NCBI GenBank assembly: GCA_965250285.1
Contig: OZ252299.1
Location: 3,520,001-3,584,000, forward strand
Direction of reading: 5' to 3'
Origin: Myxococcota bacterium
GTDB taxonomy: Bacteria > Myxococcota_A > UBA9160 > UBA4427
DNA length: 64,000 nt
In this document: piece after piece, positions 20,067 through 29,983 of the stretch
Numbering within the stretch: the first letter of the stretch is position 1
Layout of the letters: the number at the start of each line of letters is the position of its first letter
Notes under the pieces: generated by a model
What the model was told of the DNA's origin: nothing
Seen by the model: only the letters and a program-made list of their open reading frames with translations
The model's database searches: none
Translations under genes and position numbers: made by a program

Positions 20067-21320
20067 ATGAGCGCCACCCGTGAGCCCCGGCGCAAGCCGC
20101 CCGGGCGGATCACCCGATTTCTGTGGTCGTGCGCGGGCGCCGACCCCGACATTCTCGCGCGCTGTCCGCACACCGACTCGGTGAAGTTCCAGGGCGTGGG
20201 CGGCGTCGTGCTCGCGACGTCGGTGCTCGCCTTCGCCTCGGGCTCGTATGCCTTCTATACCGTGTTCGAGCCCAAGACCGGCATGGCCCTCGCGCGCGAC
20301 ATCCACTGGCCGACGGTCGCGATGGCGGTGTTCGCCGGCCTCGTCTGGGGCCTGGTCATCTTCAACATCGACCGCTTCATCGTGTCGAGCACCGGCAAGG
20401 GCGACGGCACCGAGGCGGTAACCCTGCGCGAGATCGGTCAGTCGATCCCGCGCCTCGTCATGGCCGTGCTGCTCGGCGTCGTGATCTCGGCGCCTCTCGA
20501 GATCCGCATCCTCAAGCCCGAGATCGATGCCCAGCTCGAGCTCGAGCAGAACGAGTACCTCGCGCAGCTGAATCAGCACTCGCAGCAGATGTTTCAGGCT
20601 TCGAAGGACGAGCTGCGCGCCAAGCTCGCTTCGGCGATGAGTCGCCTCGACGAGCGCGAGAGCTACTTCGAGAAGCGTCGCATCGAGATCAACGCGCAGC
20701 GACGCCTGCTCGAGCTCGAGGCCGAGGGCCGCACCGGCAGCGGCGTCGCCGGCCGGGGCCCGGCCTGGCGCGACAAGCGCGACACCCTCGACCAGATGAC
20801 GGCCGAGCTCGAACGCGACCGCGCGCGCGACGCCGAGAAGAGCGAATCGATCGTGCAGGAGGTCGCGCGCTGGAAGACCGAGCTCGCTTCGGTCGACGAC
20901 CGCCTCGACGAAGCGATGGCAAGCAACCTCGAGCAAGCGCGCCATCTCGACGGCTTGATGAAGCGCATCCACATCTCGCACGAGATCGGTGGCGTGGTGC
21001 CCTGGGTGATCCTCCTGCTGCTGCTCGCCATCGAGACCGGGCCCATCTTCTTCAAGATGATGCTGCGCAAAGGCGCCTACGATCATCTCGTCGAAAACGA
21101 GATGCGGGTCGCCATGGCCAGGGCCGGCATCGAGGTCGATGCGCAGATCTATCTGCCCGACACGCGCGAGGAGATTCGCGTCGACGTCTACCACCAGGCC
21201 GAGGCCGCGTTCGAAGACGCGCGTCGGCGCATCGCGAGCGCGCGGGCGCCCGGGGCAACACCGCGACCGCAAGCCGCCGCGGCGCCGAGCCCTCGAGCCG
21301 AGGTCGAAGCGCCCAAGTGA
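20067..21320 (+). CDS. DUF4407 family membrane protein with coiled coil
   Basis: FLWSCAGAD, WGLVIFNIDRFIVSS, ISAPLEIRI, ELEAEGRTGSGVAGRGP, IETGPIFFKM; AGGAG RBS before ATG 20067. Confidence 0.85.
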   Translation: MSATREPRRKPPGRITRFLWSCAGADPDILARCPHTDSVKFQGVGGVVLATSVLAFASGSYAFYTVFEPKTGMALARDIHWPTVAMAVFAGLVWGLVIFNIDRFIVSSTGKGDGTEAVTLREIGQSIPRLVMAVLLGVVISAPLEIRILKPEIDAQLELEQNEYLAQLNQHSQQMFQASKDELRAKLASAMSRLDERESYFEKRRIEINAQRRLLELEAEGRTGSGVAGRGPAWRDKRDTLDQMTAELERDRARDAEKSESIVQEVARWKTELASVDDRLDEAMASNLEQARHLDGLMKRIHISHEIGGVVPWVILLLLLAIETGPIFFKMMLRKGAYDHLVENEMRVAMARAGIEVDAQIYLPDTREEIRVDVYHQAEAAFEDARRRIASARAPGATPRPQAAAAPSPRAEVEAPK

Positions 21321-23215
21321 ACGACGGCTGGATCGAAGGACGCTTCGAGGGCACCTACGAAGGCGAGCGCCTCGACGACGATGGCGGCGCCGCGCGCGGC
21401 CGGCGTTTCAGCTTTCGTCTGCGCTCGGGCGCCGTGCTCGATGCGACGCCCGTCGATGGCCCCTTCGAGCGCGATCCGGCCACCGAGACGCCCGACGAGA
21501 TTCGGCAGGACCGCGTCGGCGAGATCCGACTGACGGTGCCGGTGCTCGAGATCGATCGCAGCGACACGTCGCTGTTCGATGTGCGCATCGTCGACTGGCG
21601 CCTGTCGCACGGGGCCGAGAGCAAGCGCCGAAGCCACGGGCGCATCGTCGGGCGCGTGCGCGCACGGCTCTTGCCCGGCGCGCCGCCGCCGGTGCCCGAG
21701 GAGCTCGATGAAGCGCCCGATCTCGAGACCACTGCGTTCACCGAGCTCGAAACCCACGACGCAGCCCTCGAGCTCGCCGAGCCGCCGCGACGCGCACGCG
21801 TTGCGCCTCGGGTCGCGACGGGTGAGCTCGCGCATCCCGCGTCGACCGAGGTCGAGGCCCCCGATGCCGACCTCGTCTATGACCGGCTCTGGTTCATCGC
21901 CTCGGTGATCGCCGCACTCAGCGCAGCGCTCGCGATTCGCATCGGCTGCGGCGAACGGCTGGCCTGGCTCTGGCTCGCCGCAATCGGCACCGGCATCTTG
22001 CTGCGCTATTTCGCACGCGACGCGATCCGGGCACAGACCGGCGGGCAGACCGCGCTGGCGACGCTCGTCGTCGGCTCGCAGCTCGTGCTCTGGCTCGAGC
22101 CGCTCGCCTGGGGCGCGAGCCTCTGGTGCACGACACCGACGCAGTGGCAGCTCGGCGGGCTCGGTGGCGCCGTGCTCGCCGCTTCGTTGCTGCGGCGGCG
22201 CATCGTCTTCGCGACGACCGCGCTGGTCTGGACGGCGACGGTGTGCCTGTGGTGCAGCGCGATGAACGGCGCCTGCGTGGCGCCCGCTGCGGCGTTCGGC
22301 GAACGGGATCCGTCGTCGCTCGAGACCCCGCCGCCCGCGTCGACGACGCCCCATGCAGCCCCCCCGCGCACGTCGCCCGACGGGCACTGGCCGGTCATGC
22401 CCGGCCTGCGGCCCGGCGGCGGAGGCGGAGGGGGTACCGGCCTTGCGGGGCAGCCTGGTTTCACTCGCCGGGGTGCCACCGGCGGCAGCGCCGCGGGGAG
22501 CGGCGGAGACCGCTGGTCGGGCGCACCGGGCGCACGCGCCCCGAACCTCGACGCACTGGCGGCGGGCTCGGGCTTGGCCGCGAGCGCGGGCTCCAGCACG
22601 CGTGCGAACGACCAAGCGATCACCGATTCGCCCGTGGCGTCTTCGGGTGAAGCCGCGTCTCGACTCGGCGCCGCGAGCGACCGCACCGAAGCACCGGCGC
22701 CGCCCGACGCCGCGCCGAGATCACCGCAGCCGCGCGGCAGCGGCGCGTCGACCACGCGCGGCGGCTGGGTCGCCGCCGACCACCGCGAGGCGAGCGGCCG
22801 CGCCGAGCTGATCTCGCTCGAACACGCGAACCGCGTGCCGGGCTCGTTCTTCGACAGCGGCGGCGAGCGCCGCGTGTACGTACCGACCGATGCGATCTTC
22901 GAGCCGGGCAGCGCCGACGTGCGTGCGACCGGGGCGCTCGCACTCGGCCGCGTCGCCGCGCTGCTCGAGCTCGAGCCCGAGCGGCGCAAGCTGCTCGTCG
23001 TCCACACCGACGTCGGCGCCGGGCTCGACGTGCAGCAGCGACTCAGCGATCGCCGCGCGGCGAGCGTACGCGACTGGCTGCAGTCACGGGGCCACGTCGA
23101 GGGCGACCGATTCGAGGTCGTCGGCGCAGGCGGCGCCTACCCGCTGGTACCGCCCGACGGGAGCTACGCCGCCCAGGCGCCGAATCGGCGCATCGAGATC
23201 GACCTGATCGACTGA
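21317..23215 (+). CDS. Multi-TM protein with low-complexity linker and C-terminal OmpA-like domain
   Basis: GTG 21317 overlaps the DUF4407 stop (GTGA); several TM segments; C-terminal AIFEPGSA, VHTD, LSDRRAASV, PNRRIEI. Confidence 0.8.
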   Translation: MNDGWIEGRFEGTYEGERLDDDGGAARGRRFSFRLRSGAVLDATPVDGPFERDPATETPDEIRQDRVGEIRLTVPVLEIDRSDTSLFDVRIVDWRLSHGAESKRRSHGRIVGRVRARLLPGAPPPVPEELDEAPDLETTAFTELETHDAALELAEPPRRARVAPRVATGELAHPASTEVEAPDADLVYDRLWFIASVIAALSAALAIRIGCGERLAWLWLAAIGTGILLRYFARDAIRAQTGGQTALATLVVGSQLVLWLEPLAWGASLWCTTPTQWQLGGLGGAVLAASLLRRRIVFATTALVWTATVCLWCSAMNGACVAPAAAFGERDPSSLETPPPASTTPHAAPPRTSPDGHWPVMPGLRPGGGGGGGTGLAGQPGFTRRGATGGSAAGSGGDRWSGAPGARAPNLDALAAGSGLAASAGSSTRANDQAITDSPVASSGEAASRLGAASDRTEAPAPPDAAPRSPQPRGSGASTTRGGWVAADHREASGRAELISLEHANRVPGSFFDSGGERRVYVPTDAIFEPGSADVRATGALALGRVAALLELEPERRKLLVVHTDVGAGLDVQQRLSDRRAASVRDWLQSRGHVEGDRFEVVGAGGAYPLVPPDGSYAAQAPNRRIEIDLID

Positions 23216-23344
23216 GCCGCGGGGCGAGTTGCCGGCGCGTTGCCGGTGAACTGCACATTCGCAAGCGGCGGGCTCACCCGGGCCCGACCTGCGTCGCGCA
23301 CACCCAAGAATACCGGCACGTGCGCCGATGTAGCCGAAGACACC

Positions 23345-24463
23345 ATGGAAGCCTCGCCCCGTCAGCTCGCTCTCGATCGACTCGAGCAGTTCCTCTCGTA
23401 TGGGACCGCGCGACTGTCCCGCGCCGATCTGCTCCTCACCCGCCGAGCGCGCGGCTTCGGGCTCTTCGGGCTCGGGATCGTCACGCTCATCGCGCTGGTT
23501 GCCTCGATCAGCATCTCACCCGCCCTCGTGCTCGTCGGCTGGGCCGTGCTGGTGTCGTCGATCGCGGGCTCGCTCTCACTCAGCTTCGTGAAACAGGCGC
23601 GCTACACGCGCCTCTTCAGCCACTTCGGCATCGGCTCGATCCTCGCGGGCATCTTCGCGACGTCGCTCTACATCGGGCCATCGGCCGGCGTCGGCGCGAC
23701 TTTCCCGATTCTGCTGATCCTGGTCACCTGCTACATCCTCGGCGCGAAGGCGGCCGTCGGTTGGACGGCCATGGCCATCGCCGCCCTCGGCTTCGAGACC
23801 TTCACGAGCGATCCGGGCTTTCATCAGGTCGCGGGCGTCGAGTCTTCTCGCGAGTCGTACTTCGGCCTGCGCGCGCTGGTCTTTCTGGGCGTGTGCGCCC
23901 TCGCGGCCATCGAACGCCGCTTCGCCGACGGCAAGGATGCCCAGCTCGAGTTTCTCGCCCGCCACGACGAGCTCACCGGGCTCTGCAACCGTCGGGCGTT
24001 CGAAGAGCGCGCCACCGAAGGCCTGGCCCGAGTGAAGCGTCACGATCGCAGCCTCGCGATGCTCGTCATCGATCTCGATGGCTTCAAGGCGGTGAACGAT
24101 CGCTACGGCCACGCTGCGGGCGACGCGGTGTTGCGCACCGTCGGCCAGCGCATCTCGAGCCGCACGCGCTCGACCGACACGGCATGCCGCATGGGCGGCG
24201 ACGAGTTTCTGGTGCTGCTCGAGGACGTGCGCGAAGAGAAGGACGTCGTGCTCTACGCCGAGCGTCTGGCCCATGTGCTCTGCGAGCCGGTCGTCGTCGG
24301 CAACGACGCGCTCCGCGTGGGCGCCAGCGTCGGCATCGCGTTCGCACCGCGCGATGGCATCACACCCGAAGACCTGAGCCGCGCCGCCGACATCGCCATG
24401 TTCTCGGCCAAGAAAGAAGGCGGCAACGGAGTGCACGTCTACGACGGAGCGCCGCTGGCCTGA
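23345..24463 (+). CDS. Membrane-bound diguanylate cyclase (GGDEF)
   Basis: N-terminal TM region; HDELTGLCNRR, DLDGFKAVNDRYGHAAGD, I-site RSTD and RMGGDEF. Confidence 0.93.
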   Translation: MEASPRQLALDRLEQFLSYGTARLSRADLLLTRRARGFGLFGLGIVTLIALVASISISPALVLVGWAVLVSSIAGSLSLSFVKQARYTRLFSHFGIGSILAGIFATSLYIGPSAGVGATFPILLILVTCYILGAKAAVGWTAMAIAALGFETFTSDPGFHQVAGVESSRESYFGLRALVFLGVCALAAIERRFADGKDAQLEFLARHDELTGLCNRRAFEERATEGLARVKRHDRSLAMLVIDLDGFKAVNDRYGHAAGDAVLRTVGQRISSRTRSTDTACRMGGDEFLVLLEDVREEKDVVLYAERLAHVLCEPVVVGNDALRVGASVGIAFAPRDGITPEDLSRAADIAMFSAKKEGGNGVHVYDGAPLA

Positions 24464-24496
24464 ATTCGCGCGAACGGGTCCACCCGCACGGGGGCG

Positions 24497-26140
24497 TCAG
24501 TACCCGGCCGCGAGCCCGTCCTTGCGCCGATCCGACGCACCGTGGAGCACGCCCGTCTCGGGATGAATCGCGATCGCCTGCCCGCCTCCGAAGCCGCCGC
24601 GCAGGGCTGCGTGGGCGGCGGGCCGAACGGTGTGACCGCGGGCTTCGAGCGCTACGCCTTTCTCGTCGGTGAAGTCGTGTTCGAGCGCGACGTCGCAGCC
24701 GCCCATGAAGTTGAAGCGCGGCGCATCGAGCGCCTCTTGCACGTTCATCCCGTGATCGACGAGGTTCGAGACGAACTGCAGGTGCGCCTGCGCCTGGATG
24801 TCGCCGCCCATGATGCCGAACGAGACGAGGGGCCGGTCGCCTTCGAAGAGCATCGCCGGGCAGAGCGTATGAAAGGGGCGCTTGCCCGGGGCGAGCTCGT
24901 TCGGGTGCCCGGCTGACAGCGAGAAGCCGCGACCCCGATTCTGCAGCACGATGCCCGTGTCGCCCGCCACCAGGCCCGAGCCGAAGGGCCCGTAGAGGCT
25001 GTTGATGAACGAGACCACGTTGCCCTCACCATCGGCCGTCGTGAGATAGACGGTGTCGCTGCCCCGGGGCGGCGCGCCGCCGAGATCGCGCGCGGCGCGC
25101 GCCGGATCGATGGCCTGGGCCCGGCGGCGCAGTGCTTCGGGGTCGAGCATCGCCTCGAACGAGCGCGTCATGTGGTCGGGGTCGGCCACGTCGGCGTCAC
25201 GGTCGAGAAACGCCGCCTTGACCGCCTCGACGCGCAGGTGCAGTGCGTCGACCGAGCCGGGCTCGAGCGCGGGCATGTCGAAGTGCGAGAGCATCTCGAG
25301 CGCAATCAGCGCGGTGATGCCCTGCGAGTTGGGCGGCACCTCGAAGACCCGGTGCCCCCGATACTCGCCCGAGATCGGCTCGACCCAATCGGGGCGCGCT
25401 TCGGCGAAATCCGTCGCCGTGAACTGGCCGCCTTCGGCCTGCAGGGCCGCCCGAATGGCGACGCAGAGCTCGCCCTCGTAGAACGCTCGGGGCCCTTCCT
25501 TCGCGAGCACGCGAAGCGAACGCGCCAGATCTTCGAAGCGCACGACTTCGCCGAGCTTGGGCGCACGGCCCGACGGCGCAAAGCAGCACCGGGCCGCATC
25601 GTTCTTGAGAAAGCCAAGATCGACGACGGCGCCCCATTCGAAGCCGATCACCTCGCTCACGGCGAACCCGGCCTCGGCGATCTCGATGGCCGGCGCGAGC
25701 GCGTCGCCGAACGAGCGGGTGCCGAAGCGGGCGAGCAGGGCATCCCAGGCGCCGACCGCGCCCGGCACGGTGACGGTCTCGATGCCCTGGGCGGGCATGA
25801 CTTCGTGGCCGGCGGCGCGCAGCCGCTCGGCCGAGGCCGACGCGGGGGCGCGACCGCTGCCGTTCAAGGCGTACAGCTGCTGGTCGCGCGCGCTCCACAC
25901 GAGGGCAAAGCAGTCGCCGCCGATGCCGGTGTTGTAGGGCTCGACCACACCGAGCACGGCCGCCGCGATGACCGCGGCGTCGATCGCGTTGGCGCCCTCG
26001 CGCAGCGCCTGCAGCCCGGCCTGCGAGGCGAGGGGCTGGCTCGCGCACACCACGCCGTTGCGCGCGAGCACCATCGAACGGTGGCTGCGAAAGGGATCGC
26101 GCGCGGCGAGGCGTCGTGAGCCGAAGGCAGGGTGGGACAC
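24497..26140 (-). CDS. ggt: Gamma-glutamyltransferase
   Basis: GANAIDAA, GIGGDCF, nucleophile Thr in DTVYLTTAD, LQNRG, PGKRPFHTL, SDRRKDG; start uncertain (26140 or 26203). Confidence 0.92.
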   Translation of the reverse strand: MSHPAFGSRRLAARDPFRSHRSMVLARNGVVCASQPLASQAGLQALREGANAIDAAVIAAAVLGVVEPYNTGIGGDCFALVWSARDQQLYALNGSGRAPASASAERLRAAGHEVMPAQGIETVTVPGAVGAWDALLARFGTRSFGDALAPAIEIAEAGFAVSEVIGFEWGAVVDLGFLKNDAARCCFAPSGRAPKLGEVVRFEDLARSLRVLAKEGPRAFYEGELCVAIRAALQAEGGQFTATDFAEARPDWVEPISGEYRGHRVFEVPPNSQGITALIALEMLSHFDMPALEPGSVDALHLRVEAVKAAFLDRDADVADPDHMTRSFEAMLDPEALRRRAQAIDPARAARDLGGAPPRGSDTVYLTTADGEGNVVSFINSLYGPFGSGLVAGDTGIVLQNRGRGFSLSAGHPNELAPGKRPFHTLCPAMLFEGDRPLVSFGIMGGDIQAQAHLQFVSNLVDHGMNVQEALDAPRFNFMGGCDVALEHDFTDEKGVALEARGHTVRPAAHAALRGGFGGGQAIAIHPETGVLHGASDRRKDGLAAGY

Positions 26141-26247
26141 GGGGCGGTGCACTCCCTCGTCGTTCGCGGCGGCCGGGCTCCGAGGCCGGCCCACCGCGCG
26201 CATCCGAGCAGGGTATCACGCAGGCGGCCGCGGCTCGGTGCGCGCGT

Positions 26248-26997
26248 TCAGAAGGGCTGTCGCGGCAGCACATCGCGCGGGTCGACGGGCGTCTCGCCCA
26301 CGCGAATCTCGAAGTGAAGATGCGGGCCGGTCGATCGGCCGGTCGATCCCACTGTGGCGACGGGGTCGCCCCGAGAGACCCTGGCGCCCTCACGCACGAG
26401 CAGGCTCGTCGCATGCGCATAGAGCGTGGTCGTCTCATTGACGTGCCGCACGATGACCGTGCGCCCGTAGCCGCTCAAGCCGTCATCCGAATAGATCACG
26501 GTGCCGCTCGACGCGGCGTAGATCGGCTCGCCGACGTCGGCCGCGATGTCGATGCCCTCGTGCGCCCGGCCGCCGCGCTGACCGAACTCGCTGCTGATGA
26601 CGCCCGCCTGCATCGGCCACGCCCACCGCGAGTCGGATGTCGGTTCGGGCGGCGCTTCAGGGGACGGCGAGGGACGAGGCGCACCGCCCGGCCCGGGCAT
26701 CGGCGCGATCACGCCCGCGTCTTCGAGCACGTCGAGCACCTCGCGGCTGTCGAGCTGCCCGTCGTCGTGGTAGCCCTTCAGCTTCTTTGCGATCGAGGCG
26801 TAGTGGTCGTAGCGCTTCAGCTTCTCGCGGCCCTCGGGTGTGACCGAGAGATACGCGCGCGTGACCTGGTCGGCGATCTGGCAGTGCGCGTTCGTGATGA
26901 CGACCGAGACGAGCAAGGCGACGCGTGCCCCGCGCCAAAACGCGCCGCGGTGGTCGAAGGCGCGAGCAGGTAGTGAGGCGCGGGCGGGGTCGAGCAT
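26248..26997 (-). CDS. M23 family metallopeptidase
   Basis: HEGIDI, TLYAH, GSTGRSTGPHLHFE. Confidence 0.9.
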   Translation of the reverse strand: MLDPARASLPARAFDHRGAFWRGARVALLVSVVITNAHCQIADQVTRAYLSVTPEGREKLKRYDHYASIAKKLKGYHDDGQLDSREVLDVLEDAGVIAPMPGPGGAPRPSPSPEAPPEPTSDSRWAWPMQAGVISSEFGQRGGRAHEGIDIAADVGEPIYAASSGTVIYSDDGLSGYGRTVIVRHVNETTTLYAHATSLLVREGARVSRGDPVATVGSTGRSTGPHLHFEIRVGETPVDPRDVLPRQPF

Positions 26998-27007
26998 CGG
27001 TCGGGTG

Positions 27008-27859
27008 CTACAGCAGCCCGTTGCGACGAATTCGGCGCACGTAGTAGAGCACGAGCGGGATCGTCACCGGAAAGGCCAGCGCCATCGTCGTGAGGCCGAG
27101 CCAGTACGCGGCGCGTTCACTCGGCGGCGCGGCGCGAATCTCGGGCCGCCGCGGCTCGAACGCGGTGGCCGTGTACAGATGGTCGTAGTCGGCGAAGCGC
27201 GCCTGCATGGTCGAGATCCAGAGGCGCAGTCGATCGAGCTTGGGCTCGGTGCGGATGATCTCGTGCGCCTCGCCAGGCACGCTCGCGCACATCTGCACGA
27301 GGCCGAAGAGCTGGAGGTCGACCGTGTCGGGAACCTCGCCCGCGATGAAGTCTTCGCCGGGCGCGAGGTGCGCCTGCCACCCCGCGAGCGCCTCGACGAC
27401 GGCGTCTCGCCCCGGCGGCTCGAGGCGCCGGCCGAACAGCCGAATGATGATGAAGAAGTAGAACATGGCGAACGAGCGCCAGAACTGATCCCAGAGTCGA
27501 GCCGGCCACGCTGCATCGTCGGCGCGGACGAAGCTGAAGCGGTGAAAGAAGAGCCACGCATCGTCGGTGCGGCGCAGGGCGGTCAGACCGAACAGGCCCT
27601 GCAGCGCGCTCCGATCTTGCTCGGAGACGGGCGCGTAGCCGAACGCGCCGAGGATCCGCTCGCTGTCGAAGGTCCACGGCCCGCCGTCGATGCGGGCCGC
27701 CGGCATCAGCACACCGGCTTCGAGAAAGAGCGGCAGCGGCGGGGCCAGGTCGATCGTGTGGGCGATGCGCTTCTCGTGCAGGCCGAGCAGCACGGCCTGC
27801 ACCCACGGCGAGTGATCGTTGCCGCAGAGCCGAACATGGCGCGGCAGGGCATCGGACAT
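27008..27859 (-). CDS. GST-fold protein with C-terminal hydrophobic segment
   Basis: DHSPWVQAVLLGLHEK, FDSERIL, FIAGEVPDTVDLQLFG. Confidence 0.7.
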   Translation of the reverse strand: MSDALPRHVRLCGNDHSPWVQAVLLGLHEKRIAHTIDLAPPLPLFLEAGVLMPAARIDGGPWTFDSERILGAFGYAPVSEQDRSALQGLFGLTALRRTDDAWLFFHRFSFVRADDAAWPARLWDQFWRSFAMFYFFIIIRLFGRRLEPPGRDAVVEALAGWQAHLAPGEDFIAGEVPDTVDLQLFGLVQMCASVPGEAHEIIRTEPKLDRLRLWISTMQARFADYDHLYTATAFEPRRPEIRAAPPSERAAYWLGLTTMALAFPVTIPLVLYYVRRIRRNGLL

Positions 27860-28076
27860 CGACGAATCGCGATCGGGCACGCCGCCCAGTCTAGTTCAGA
27901 ACGCCACGCGGCCCGGCCCGCGAGCGAGCCACGTGGTGGACCTGCGCCGCGCCACGCCGAACCAAGCCAGAGCGGCGGCATGACCGCGGCCCCTCTGGTA
28001 GAGTCCGCCCGAAGCCGGCGCCCTCGTGGCGCCGCACCCAGGGTTCACGCCGGGGATCCCCTCCCCTGCCAAGCGC

Positions 28077-28153
28077 GCGCCGGTAGCTCAGCTGGATAGA
28101 GCATCAGGCTTCGAACCTGAGGGTCGGGGGTTCGAATCCCTCCCGGCGTGCCA
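28077..28153 (+). tRNA. tRNA-Arg (anticodon TCG)
   Basis: Full cloverleaf: acceptor GCGCCGG/CCGGCGT, D arm GCTC/GAGC, anticodon arm TCAGG-CTTCGAA-CCTGA, T arm GGGGG-TTCGAAT-CCCTC, encoded CCA. Confidence 0.97.
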
Positions 28154-28387
28154 TTGAATCGAAGTCGCTATGTGCTTCGCCGTCGGTGACCCTCAGGTGC
28201 CTGACCTGAGCGTCGAGCCTGGCTCGCTGCGCGAATCGCGGGCGTGCACGCGCAATTGCGGACATGCTCCGCCGATCCAAGCGCCGAATCTCGCCAGCGA
28301 AATCCGGCGAACGGCCCGCGCTATCCTTCGAACACAGCCCCTACGCGGCGTCCGCCACGGCGTCGCGGCAAACGGTCGCCAAACCCC

Positions 28388-28924
28388 ATGAGCACACCCA
28401 ACGAACTCGAAGACCAGATCGTCGCGTCGATCCGTCGGATCATTCGCGCGATTGATCTCCAGTCACGGCGCCTGCAAGATCGCCACAAGCTGACAGGGCC
28501 CCAGCTCGCCACCCTTCGAGAGGCGGAGCGCGTCGGCCAGCCGTCGATCAGCGCCCTCGCCCGCGCCGTCCACCTGAGCCAGCCCACGGTGTCGGGGATC
28601 GTCACGCGCCTGGAGCGCCGAGGTCTGGTTACGCGGAAGCGATCAGAGGGCGATCGACGCAGCGTGGGCATCGAGGTCACGAGGGAAGGACTCGACGTCC
28701 TGGACGAAGCGCCGTCCCTCCTTCAGGAAGACTTCCGCGCCGAGCTGGCGCGGCTCGAAGACTGGGAGCGCCACTGGATGCTGTCCGCGCTCGAGCGGAT
28801 CGCGTCGATGATGGATGCCGAACACCTCGACGCCGCCCCGATCCTCGAGACGGGCCCGGTTGCGCAGCCGGCCGAAGAGGCGCCGACGCCCGGCGGACTG
28901 GACCCCGAAGGGGATCCGTCGTAG
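28388..28924 (+). CDS. MarR family regulator, EctR/CosR-like
   Basis: IVASIRRIIRAIDLQSRRL...LTGPQL, LSQPTVSGIVTRLE, DRRSV, APSLLQEDF, LDAAPIL. Confidence 0.85.
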   Translation: MSTPNELEDQIVASIRRIIRAIDLQSRRLQDRHKLTGPQLATLREAERVGQPSISALARAVHLSQPTVSGIVTRLERRGLVTRKRSEGDRRSVGIEVTREGLDVLDEAPSLLQEDFRAELARLEDWERHWMLSALERIASMMDAEHLDAAPILETGPVAQPAEEAPTPGGLDPEGDPS

Positions 28925-29128
28925 GCGACACGATCAATCCAATCCATTGTGTTCTCAATGAATTTTCGGTCGAAGCGGCCTGAGAACCCCCTGAACGCCC
29001 AATTGAGACTTCTCGTTCCATAGTTCTCACTCGGTCATTGCATTGCACTGAATGGATCTGACGACTACCGTGCCCCTCTTCCGCGGGCCGGCTCTCGGCC
29101 CCGAGATCTTCGCCAGATAGAGGGGCCC

Positions 29129-29983
29129 ATGTCGTCCAATCCGACCGAAATCCTTCGCGAGCAGGCCGAACGATCACTGCGCGCCGTCAACCAGGAGTTC
29201 GGCGAATCGCCGACCGACGTTCGCGAGACCAACCACTACCAGGCCGAGTACGTCCAGACCTTCGTCGAGAAGTGGGACGAGCTGATCGACTGGGGGTCAC
29301 GCGCCGAGAGTGAGGGGCGCTTCTTCATCGAGCAGCTGAAGGCGCGCGGCAAGATGAAGGTCCTCGACGTCGCGACCGGCACCGGCTTCCACTCGATCCA
29401 GCTCGCCGACGCGGGCTTCGAGGTGACGAGCGTCGACGGCAACGCCGTCATGCTCGCCAAGGCGTTCCAGAACGCGACCGACCGGCACCTGATCCTCAAG
29501 ACGATTCACGCCGACTGGCGCTGGCTGAACCGCGAGGTGCATGGAAAATTCGACGCGATCATCTGTCTGGGCAACTCGTTCACCCATCTCTTCGACGAGC
29601 AGGACCGAAGACGCGCGTTGGCCGAGTTCTACGCCGCGCTGAAGCACGACGGCATCCTGATCCTCGACCAGCGCAACTACGACTCGATCCTCGACAACGG
29701 CTTCTCGTCGAAGCACAAGTACTACTACTGCGGCGACGACGTCAGCGCCGAGCCCGAGCACATCGACGAGGGTCTCGCCCGTTTCCTCTATTCGTTCCCC
29801 GACGGCTCCGAGTTCCGACTCAACATGTTCCCGCTTCGCAAGAACTACACGCGCAAGCTGATCCGCGAGGCCGGCTTCGCATCGGTCAAGACGTACGGCG
29901 ACTTCCAGGAGACCTACCAGGAAACCGACCCGGACTTCTTCGTGCACGTCGCCGAGAAGCACATGGATCACCCCGATGCCTGA
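29129..29983 (+). CDS. gsmt: Glycine/sarcosine N-methyltransferase
   Basis: HYQAEYVQTFVEKWDELIDW, VLDVATGTGFHS, ICLGNSFTHLF, DQRNYD, YYYCG, TYGDFQETY. Confidence 0.92.
   Translation: MSSNPTEILREQAERSLRAVNQEFGESPTDVRETNHYQAEYVQTFVEKWDELIDWGSRAESEGRFFIEQLKARGKMKVLDVATGTGFHSIQLADAGFEVTSVDGNAVMLAKAFQNATDRHLILKTIHADWRWLNREVHGKFDAIICLGNSFTHLFDEQDRRRALAEFYAALKHDGILILDQRNYDSILDNGFSSKHKYYYCGDDVSAEPEHIDEGLARFLYSFPDGSEFRLNMFPLRKNYTRKLIREAGFASVKTYGDFQETYQETDPDFFVHVAEKHMDHPDA

Noticed and set aside
20123..21316. N-terminal ~400 aa of the 1030-aa ORF
   Set aside because: Arg/Pro-rich off-frame overlap of DUF4407; the real start is GTG 21317. The same applies to the extensions of 6152-8155, 30395-32326, 50685-52376 and 56556-58919.
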